A stretch of DNA of 6,503 nucleotides. It comes from a virus. Positions 1 to 5,382 of the stretch are shown piece after piece; the first letter of the stretch is position 1; each line of letters starts with the position of its first letter. The stretch lies in IMG/VR virus record IMGVR_UViG_3300022758_000002, positions 1 to 6,503 of that record. One strand, 5' to 3'. The position numbers and the translations under genes are program-made. The notes under the pieces were generated by a model. That model had not been told where the DNA came from. It saw only the letters and a program-made list of their open reading frames with translations, and did no database searches.

Positions 1-127
1 AAACACCCATAACGATGGATTCTTCATCGCAGAAACACTCAATAGTCTGATTAGAATCACCACGAACACCAGCAATACCACTTTGAGAACCAAGAGCACC
101 AGCATATGTTTCAGCACCTTTAACGAG
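1..127. repeat. Left copy of the 127-nt terminal direct repeat, a circular-genome overlap
   Basis: I compared base by base: 1-127 is identical to 6377-6503 (aaacacccataacgatgg ... cacctttaacgag). Confidence 0.97.
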
Positions 128-1981
128 GTTCTGATCAACAGACTGACTAATAGCATGCATATCAATATCACGGGTAAAACCTCCGAAGAATTCAGGCATG
201 AGTAATTCATCGTAACGAACTTTTACGTCGAAACGTCCTTCAACAATATCACGGTAAGAATAGCCTTTGCGCATATTCAATTCCAAAAATTTCTGATAAG
301 CATTAACATTCCGGAGATCAGAGATAGAAATACCTGACATAGCAACATCCACGAGCGATCTAGGCTGACGCATCTTAACACCGTTATCAAGTTCGATATA
401 CTCAACACCTGTTAAGGCTTCTCCATCAGATTCCCAAGAAAGAGCATACTTCTTACCATCTTCATCAACAAGAGCAAGTTTAGACAACTCACGAGTAACA
501 GCGGTGCCGTCGGCAAGAACGTCATTAACGGTTTCTGTGTAAGTCGTAATACCAACAAGAGGAGCGGTACCTTGCTGCGGAGACTGAACAGCAGTAGTCA
601 GGAAATCACGCTCCCAATTAGCATAACGAAGTTCGTAGGTATTATCATCTAGACCACCATCATAAGTCGGTATCCACTGATTGTACTGAACTTGTCCGTT
701 AACGTAATAAGGATTATTACGATTATCACGAATATAAGCATTATAAATACCTTCATAAGCGCGGAACGCATAAGCGGAAATCTTTACCTGTTTATCGTTA
801 TTATCACCGACAGAACTGTAATACGGAGAAGTAGCTAACGTAAGATTAGCAGGAGAGTCAGCATAGTCGAAGAACTGATAAGAAAACTTCAAACCTTGCG
901 GAGTAGCAAAAGAAATACCAGAAGATGTCTCATAAGATATCTTATCAAGCTCATTAGAGAAAACTACATCACGATGGAATGTGTAAATCCAAGAAGTGGT
1001 AGACCCTGAAATCTTACGGCCAAGGGATTCAATAACGTTATAATAAACATGGAAATCAAACGTTTCACCAATATGTTCGGGCACATACTTAGTAAACTCT
1101 TCAGACAAAGAAAAATAAACCTCTACCATGTTCGTTCTAGCATTGAACAAAGCAGATGTTACCTGAAGGTCAAAGCGAGTATTATTATCATCTCTCTTAA
1201 CCGCAAAGCAAACCAACTTATTAACGAAAGCATCAATTAAAGATTGAGTAGGATTAGTCAAATTGTCATAACTAACCTTCAAACAAAAACGCTTAGAGGT
1301 ATTAAAGGTATCATCAATGTCAACATTCGCTTTAGTTAAGCTATATCCAAATTGAATGAAATTAGATGATGAAGCAGAAGCAGGAGTAGGAATAAAAATA
1401 CCAGTACCTAATTGCGGATCAACAGTAGCTCCATATTTACTAATAAAAGAGTAGTACTGATCAACATTCTGAATAGGCAAGTATTCGAACATAGTATAAT
1501 TAGGATCACCACCTGCTTTATTACCAGGACACCGAAAGATACCAGTATTAAGAAAAGCAACACCGCCTTGGCCATAAGAGCCAAAGATAGTTGTAGGCAA
1601 ACCAAGATAATCACCAAGTGAACCAGTAGAAGCCATCTTCTTTAATTTAGAAGAGGTGTTCAAGTTGAGGTAAGGCTCTTCAAGATCCTGCCGGAAATTA
1701 CCTACGAAATCACGATATCCTGACCAAAGGGCACGAAGCGGATACTTAAAGAAAGCGATACGAGCTTTCATACGTGTCTGAACCGGAAAGACCATAGGCA
1801 TAAACTGCAAGCCCATCCGAGGATTAATACGAACGGAACTTTTAGAAGGAACTAACTCACAAAAAATAGGAGTAACACGACCGATCTGAGTAGTCAGGTT
1901 ATTAGCATGCGACCAGTCAAAGGTGTTAACCTTTATCTGATTATTCGCATCTAAAGTAGCATCAAAAACATTTTGCGCCAT
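1..1981 (-). CDS. VP1: Major capsid protein VP1 (phiX174 F-protein family), N-terminal part: 660 codons plus 1 nt. The ORF runs off the left window edge and continues at 6376 on the circular genome.
   Basis: I checked every - strand triplet from 1981 down to 2 and found no in-frame stop. ATG is at 1981-1979, preceded by an in-frame stop at 1991-1993. The N-terminus is MAQNVFDATLDANNQIKVNTFDWSHANNLTTQIGRVTPIFCELVPSKSSVRINPRMGLQFMPMVFPVQTRMKARIAFFKYPLRALWSGYRDFV. It follows the family pattern seen in phiX F (hDLSH..G.IGRL.PI....V.PGDS...... F.VP.R.lW). Further family-like blocks are GSLGDYLGLP, ISAYAFRAYEGIYNAYIRDNRNNP, WERDFLTTAVQSPQQGTAPLVGI, ISISDLRNVNAYQKFLELNMRKGYSYRDIVEGRFDV and LLMPEFFGG. 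This ORF is absent from the supplied track because it has no stop inside the window. Confidence 0.93.
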   Translation of the reverse strand, partial: MAQNVFDATLDANNQIKVNTFDWSHANNLTTQIGRVTPIFCELVPSKSSVRINPRMGLQFMPMVFPVQTRMKARIAFFKYPLRALWSGYRDFVGNFRQDLEEPYLNLNTSSKLKKMASTGSLGDYLGLPTTIFGSYGQGGVAFLNTGIFRCPGNKAGGDPNYTMFEYLPIQNVDQYYSFISKYGATVDPQLGTGIFIPTPASASSSNFIQFGYSLTKANVDIDDTFNTSKRFCLKVSYDNLTNPTQSLIDAFVNKLVCFAVKRDDNNTRFDLQVTSALFNARTNMVEVYFSLSEEFTKYVPEHIGETFDFHVYYNVIESLGRKISGSTTSWIYTFHRDVVFSNELDKISYETSSGISFATPQGLKFSYQFFDYADSPANLTLATSPYYSSVGDNNDKQVKISAYAFRAYEGIYNAYIRDNRNNPYYVNGQVQYNQWIPTYDGGLDDNTYELRYANWERDFLTTAVQSPQQGTAPLVGITTYTETVNDVLADGTAVTRELSKLALVDEDGKKYALSWESDGEALTGVEYIELDNGVKMRQPRSLVDVAMSGISISDLRNVNAYQKFLELNMRKGYSYRDIVEGRFDVKVRYDELLMPEFFGGFTRDIDMHAISQSVDQNLVKGAETYAGALGSQSGIAGVRGDSNQTIECFCDEESIVMGV

Positions 1982-1994
1982 AAATAACGATTAA

Positions 1995-2198
1995 CTAATG
2001 ATTAAACTGAATTTTAGTACTATCTACCGAAGACGTAGTTGTTTGCTCCGTCCTTTGAGTAGCATTATTATTATTCTTAGCAACGCTAAGCGAGAGAGTA
2101 CAACTCTGAACAAACAGAGTAGTAATAATACCAATAACAAACGTAGAGATAAGTTTAACAATCTCGATCCACTGATTAGAAGTTATTTTCATCTTCAC
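1995..2198 (-). CDS. Small membrane or lipoprotein-like protein. It is 67 aa from GTG 2198 and 65 aa from the more likely ATG at 2192.
   Basis: The sequence (M)KMKITSNQWIEIVKLISTFVIGIITTLFVQSCTLSLSVAKNNNNATQRTEQTTTSSVDSTKIQFNH has one hydrophobic helix (LISTFVIGIITTLFV). That helix is followed by Q-S-C, a loose lipobox-like V-Q-S-C, and then an N/T/S/Q-rich polar tail. The stop TAG at 1997-1995 lies 13 nt upstream of the VP1 ATG. The track start at 2198 is GTG (plus-strand cac). Confidence 0.6.
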   Translation of the reverse strand: MKMKITSNQWIEIVKLISTFVIGIITTLFVQSCTLSLSVAKNNNNATQRTEQTTTSSVDSTKIQFNH

Positions 2199-2352
2199 TG
2201 ATAATAGGTGGAACTAATTCTTCATGTTTAGCTAGAAACAGTAATTTAGGATTACTTTCTACAAGAGACGCACGAATCTTTTCAGACTGTGAGGGACGAT
2301 CAAATACACCTAAACAAATTTCTGTAATAGGTTTCAAAGTAGCCCTCTCCAT
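2176..2352 (-). CDS. Hypothetical small acidic-tailed protein, 58 aa. It is not in the supplied ORF track.
   Basis: Hand translation, verified codon by codon, gives MERATLKPITEICLGVFDRPSQSEKIRASLVESNPKLLFLAKHEELVPPIISEDENNF. ATG at 2352-2350 is the first start after an in-frame stop at 2389-2391. The stop TAA is at 2178-2176. Its 3' end overlaps the start of the next ORF (1995..2198). Confidence 0.45.
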   Translation of the reverse strand: MERATLKPITEICLGVFDRPSQSEKIRASLVESNPKLLFLAKHEELVPPIISEDENNF

Positions 2353-2363
2353 AATAGAGAGGG
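2343..2363 (-). other. Hairpin enclosing the start codon of the 58-aa ORF
   Basis: Plus-strand ccctctc (2343-2349) pairs with gagaggg (2357-2363), giving a 7-bp stem and a 7-nt loop. On the - strand it reads CCCTCTC-TATTATG-GAGAGGG, with the ATG (2352-2350) in the loop. Confidence 0.6.
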
Positions 2364-2414
2364 TAGTTTTAATAGTTCTTTTTCCATATTAATAAAATGT
2401 TTTACGTAAAACAA

Positions 2415-2588
2415 TTAAATATTTTCAAACTGCTTAAAAGAATGAACAGATATAACACCAGTACGAGAACGAATACTACGCATCAATTTACGCATATTGG
2501 AAAGAGTGTAATCTAACTTCAATTCATAACGTTCACCATTATGATCTACAATACGCAAAATCCAATTATAAGAACCAGTCTTTTTCAT
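2415..2588 (-). CDS. Hypothetical small basic protein, 57 aa. It is not in the supplied ORF track, presumably because it falls below the length cutoff.
   Basis: Hand translation gives MKKTGSYNWILRIVDHNGERYELKLDYTLSNMRKLMRSIRSRTGVISVHSFKQFENI. ATG is at 2588-2586, preceded by AAGGATT. The stop TAA is at 2417-2415. It overlaps the 3' end of the 122-aa ORF by 23 nt in another frame. It fills otherwise unexplained sense-strand space in a compact genome and carries a basic patch, MRKLMRSIRSR. Confidence 0.5.
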   Translation of the reverse strand: MKKTGSYNWILRIVDHNGERYELKLDYTLSNMRKLMRSIRSRTGVISVHSFKQFENI

Positions 2589-2934
2589 AATCCTTAGAAC
2601 GTTCTAATCCAACAACATCAATATCACGGTGATGGTAATCATTCTCAAAATTACTAATAGCGGCATCAATAGCTTTAATACCATTTTCAGCAACAACACA
2701 ATAAGAACAAAGAAGAGTATCTTTTCTATCCTCAAAAGTGACAATATAAGCAGCAATAGAACGTATAGGTTCAAAAGGAACAAGGGCTATCAAATCCCAA
2801 ACAGAAAAATCAGTAGAATCAACAGCAAGAACATAAGCTTCATCAAAAGTGTAAGGTAACGTAAACGGGAATTCACGAATCTCACCATTATGCTTAAAGG
2901 CACGAATAACTTTGTAAAATCTTTTCTTTTCCAT
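2566..2934 (-). CDS. Hypothetical protein, 122 aa, no recognisable family
   Basis: ATG is at 2934-2932, 28 nt downstream of the VP4 stop on the same strand. It is the longest ORF in the VP4-VP1 interval. Composition looks like an ordinary globular protein (MEKKRFYKVIRAFKHNGEIREFPFTLPYTFDEAYVLAVD...), unlike the low-complexity antisense ORFs. I recognise no motif. Confidence 0.7.
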   Translation of the reverse strand: MEKKRFYKVIRAFKHNGEIREFPFTLPYTFDEAYVLAVDSTDFSVWDLIALVPFEPIRSIAAYIVTFEDRKDTLLCSYCVVAENGIKAIDAAISNFENDYHHRDIDVVGLERSKDYEKDWFL

Positions 2935-2962
2935 ATCTCTGTGTTTTAATTACGATACAAAA

Positions 2963-4342
2963 CTAAATGATTTCTTTTAATTGTGAAAGCTTTATAGCGT
3001 TAATCTTACGATAAACAACATCTTTTAAATCTATATCAGGTAAAAAACCAAATTTAGCATCTAATGAACGAGTCCTTTTTTGAATAATTTCATCCTTAAT
3101 TTTAAACCACGTTTCATCTATATTTTCGAGCATCAAATAACGGCATAAAGAGGCAATTTCCACTTCGTTAGCGACATACATATCGTCCAGAGCAGAGTAA
3201 GGTATCTCACTGTAATAATCAATCAGTTTACCAAGAGGCTTTTTACATATCTGAGGAGATAAGAACCAATATTTACGAAGTACTTTTTTTTCAATATCAG
3301 AAATAACAGGTCTATCCAAATAATTAGCAACAGCATGAATCGAATACCGTCTAGAAATCAAATCACAAAGCTTTTTATGAGAGTCACGAACAATTTTAGA
3401 GACAGCAGTAGACTTGGCAGGGAAATACAAACGTCTAAAGTAATCAGGAAGAGAAATAGTAGTAGACATTCCCGAATAAGGATCACAAACGGAAATATCC
3501 AAACACTGAGGATTCTTACGGTAAAAATCGATATATTGCTTAGCGTACTTAGCACCTAAACCACCGTCTTTACGAGAGGACAAAAAGAATATAGGATTCA
3601 TACCTTTAGGAACATATGGTTGTTTACGCATATACTTCATTACATAACCGATAGCACCTTTATCACAAGGCAATGTATAAACATAACCAATGGGAGAATA
3701 AATAGGTTTCTTACCATCATATCCTGCGATCTTAGACCAACACTTTTCAATAAAGTGAGTGACATTCCAAATATTACAGAACGATCCTTCACGAGGAAAA
3801 TTCCAAATCAACATATGATAATGAGGACGCTTAGACTTAGAACCATATTCAGCACAAGCAAAGTAACGAAGATTATGCTTATAATGAAGACGATCAAGAG
3901 ATATCCGAAGACGCTTTAAAAAGAGCTGAATTTCTTCTTTGAATACACCATGCTTAGGCAAATTTTCATTATTGTACGTAAGCGTTAAAAAAAGAGGAAT
4001 ACTCTCAGAAAAGACATTCTCACAAGTAGCACGGAAAGACCATTCACGTGCTTTTTTATCACGGCAAAGAACACATTTACCACAAGGCACTTGAATAAAC
4101 ATAGGAAAGACTTCACCTGTCTTTTCATTGAAAACATTAAACCGATCAATATTATCAAGAGTAACTTTAAACCTACGAGGAGAAAACTGATAATCGGGAA
4201 AACAATACTTAAAATAGTTAGCCTGAGCAAAAGAAATATAATGATCACCAGTAGGTGCCGTATAACAACGATGAGTAATAAGAAGTTCCTTTAACTGAGG
4301 ATTACGAATAATAACAGGATGTTCACAAAAGATTTGTTTCAT
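2963..4342 (-). CDS. VP4: VP4 replication initiator, a rolling-circle HUH endonuclease (phiX174 A-protein family), 459 aa
   Basis: ATG is at 4342-4340 and the stop TAG at 2965-2963. Motifs found:
- N-terminal FCEHPVIIRNP (the C..P..I.N start common in microvirus VP4)
- PCGKCVLCRDKKAREW (Cys87/90/93, nt 4064-4084)
- RCR motif 1: FLTLTY
- HUH motif 2: RPHYHMLIW (H174-Y-H176 = nt 3815-3823)
- motif 3 with two tyrosines: GYVMKYMRK (Y233..Y237 = nt 3632-3646), compare phiX A YVAKYVNK. Confidence 0.95.
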   Translation of the reverse strand: MKQIFCEHPVIIRNPQLKELLITHRCYTAPTGDHYISFAQANYFKYCFPDYQFSPRRFKVTLDNIDRFNVFNEKTGEVFPMFIQVPCGKCVLCRDKKAREWSFRATCENVFSESIPLFLTLTYNNENLPKHGVFKEEIQLFLKRLRISLDRLHYKHNLRYFACAEYGSKSKRPHYHMLIWNFPREGSFCNIWNVTHFIEKCWSKIAGYDGKKPIYSPIGYVYTLPCDKGAIGYVMKYMRKQPYVPKGMNPIFFLSSRKDGGLGAKYAKQYIDFYRKNPQCLDISVCDPYSGMSTTISLPDYFRRLYFPAKSTAVSKIVRDSHKKLCDLISRRYSIHAVANYLDRPVISDIEKKVLRKYWFLSPQICKKPLGKLIDYYSEIPYSALDDMYVANEVEIASLCRYLMLENIDETWFKIKDEIIQKRTRSLDAKFGFLPDIDLKDVVYRKINAIKLSQLKEII

Positions 4343-4439
4343 AATAATAATATTTTAGCTCACAGAAGGAGTACTTAGGGCAATACGCAACCGCGAGCAA
4401 AGTCGTTGATAATCAAACATGTGTCAGTTGCTCATACAT

Positions 4440-4448
4440 TATCAAGTT
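4440..4448 (-). promoter_or_regulatory. Candidate viral-strand replication origin core, AACTTGATA, matching the phiX174 gene-A nick-site core
   Basis: The - strand reads CGCTCTATAACTTGATAATGTATGAG. As I recall it, the phiX174 origin is CAACTTG^ATATTAATAAC, so 9 consecutive nt are identical, including the G^A nick position. The motif lies on the mRNA-sense (packaged) strand in non-coding DNA directly upstream of the initiator gene VP4. Confidence 0.35.
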
Positions 4449-4476
4449 ATAGAGCGCCGATTTTAAAATAAATCGT

Positions 4477-4502
4477 AAAAAGGGGAGACATAAGGTCTCC
4501 CC
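4477..4502 (-). terminator. Intrinsic-terminator-like hairpin plus T-run immediately after VP2
   Basis: On the - strand the sequence reads GGGGAGAC (4502-4495), CTTAT (loop), GTCTCCCC (4489-4482), TTTTT (4481-4477). That is a perfect 8-bp GC-rich stem with a 5-nt loop and five T. It starts 4 nt after the VP2 stop codon. Confidence 0.7.
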
Positions 4503-4506
4503 ATAT

Positions 4507-5382
4507 TTACTTACCTAATATAAGACGTAACAATTTAACAAGAGCAGGAAATCCTGATGGCAATTGTTCCAAAAGATCAGGATCAGACATAATGGCATCA
4601 AAACGCTTAACAGTTTGTTCGTCTGCAAAACCTTGGATACGAAGGGCTAACGTTTTTGTCAAAAATTCAGCCTCATTCTTTGAAATACGAAGTTTCTGCT
4701 TAATCTCGTCAATCAAAGATTGAGCGGATTCCTGCTTAATGTAATTATCCAACTGTTTAGAACGTTTATCAAGCAATTTGAGATCATTATCAGCAACAGC
4801 ATTAGACTGATCTGTTTCCTCACGAACCAAATGCATGTATTCCTGATATGCTCTAAACGGCAACTTACTTGCCATCATTTGAGTATCAGAACCAAGAGAT
4901 GATCCGAGAAGCATTGATAAAGCATCCTCAGTAGATACCTCACGAGATTTAAGACGATTGTCCAGAGATTTACCTTTATTCTCTTCTTTAACTCCTTGAA
5001 TCTGAGCAGCCTTAAGTTTATTATCCAGTGAAGCACTGGCAATATTCATAGCAGTCATCTTCTGAGCAAGCAAGGAATTATCAACAGGTTGAGAACCCTG
5101 TCCTGATGTCATAGCAGGACTAGCAGCGGATTGACCAGTAACACCACCATAAGCAAGATCAGGATTCATACCTGCTGCTTTCAAACGAGCACGATAAGCA
5201 GCAGGTGAATTGTAAGAATTCTCTCTATTCCATTGGTCAATACTCCACTGATTCTGCATCTTAGCTAAGTTAAGATTCCATTCACGGTTCTCCGCTTGTG
5301 ATTCCTTATTAGCATTAATAGCATTCTGAGTATTAGCATTCTGAGCTAATGCACCAATGGCAGAGGATATAAAATTCCACAT
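4507..5382 (-). CDS. VP2: VP2 DNA pilot / minor capsid protein (phiX174 H-protein analogue), 291 aa
   Basis: ATG is at 5382-5380 and the stop TAA at 4509-4507. The N-terminal third contains the hallmark microvirus VP2 block NREWNLNLAKMQNQWSIDQWNRENSYNSPAAYRARLKAAGMNPDLAYGG (the ...YNSP.aq..R...AGLNP.L.y motif). This is followed by a Gly/Ser/Ala-rich linker and a charged, helical, coiled-coil-like C-terminal half. The position after VP1 and the small ORF fits the family. Confidence 0.88.
   Translation of the reverse strand: MWNFISSAIGALAQNANTQNAINANKESQAENREWNLNLAKMQNQWSIDQWNRENSYNSPAAYRARLKAAGMNPDLAYGGVTGQSAASPAMTSGQGSQPVDNSLLAQKMTAMNIASASLDNKLKAAQIQGVKEENKGKSLDNRLKSREVSTEDALSMLLGSSLGSDTQMMASKLPFRAYQEYMHLVREETDQSNAVADNDLKLLDKRSKQLDNYIKQESAQSLIDEIKQKLRISKNEAEFLTKTLALRIQGFADEQTVKRFDAIMSDPDLLEQLPSGFPALVKLLRLILGK

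Noticed and set aside
1408-1617. 69-aa hydrophobic ORF overprinted on VP1 (- strand)
   Set aside because: The start is TTG (plus-strand caa at 1615-1617), and the first ATG is 14 codons in. This is the same T-rich alternative-frame artefact, with no supporting signal.
2334-2387. 17-codon ORF MEKELLKLPSLLWRGLL in the gap between the 57-aa and 58-aa ORFs
   Set aside because: It is too short to support. It runs through the 2343-2363 hairpin and ends inside the 58-aa ORF. It could at most be a leader peptide, and I have no evidence for that.
3283-3292. Homopolymers inside VP4, A8 on the - strand (about 3285-3292) and T7 (about 3984-3990), as possible slippery or frameshift sites
   Set aside because: The VP4 frame is intact through both runs, and all catalytic motifs are in one frame. 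There is no alternative-frame extension with recognisable content. These are probably just AT-rich coding sequence, though they are plausible sequencing-error hot spots.
3358-3555. 65-aa hydrophobic ORF overprinted on VP4 (- strand)
   Set aside because: The start is GTG (plus-strand cac at 3553-3555) and there is no ATG anywhere in the ORF. The Leu/Phe/Ile-rich text is what a T-rich sense strand yields in an alternative frame. It is most likely a compositional artefact.
4432-4446. Partial similarity to E. coli dif. The - strand GATAATGTATG compares with CATAATGTATA of GGTGCGCATAATGTATATTATGTTAAAT, suggesting a Xer-dependent integration site like those of enterobacterial gokushoviruses
   Set aside because: Only 9 consecutive nt match, and the XerD arm (TTATGTTAAAT) is absent. 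The inferred host is not enterobacterial, and I do not know a Bacteroidota dif consensus well enough to compare. This remains an alternative worth a database check, and it is noted in the intergenic findings.
4343-4476. Search for Bacteroides-type promoters (TTTG at -33, TAnnTTTG at -7) upstream of VP4, and likewise in 5703-5760 upstream of the 106-aa ORF
   Set aside because: I found only one-mismatch versions, for example CATGTTTG at about 4415-4422 and TCCGTTTG at about 5832-5839 on the - strand, without properly spaced -33 elements. That is not enough to annotate a promoter.
1049-4902. All + strand ORFs in the track: 1049..1240, 1412..1621, 1998..2201, 2629..2859, 3335..3559, 3620..3919, 4091..4294, 4720..4902, and also 6147..6341
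   Set aside because: Each lies antisense to a well-supported - strand gene. Their composition is low-complexity and rich in I/N/K/R/S, as expected from reading the complement of T-ending codons. None has a recognisable motif. Microviruses are not known to encode genes on the complementary strand.
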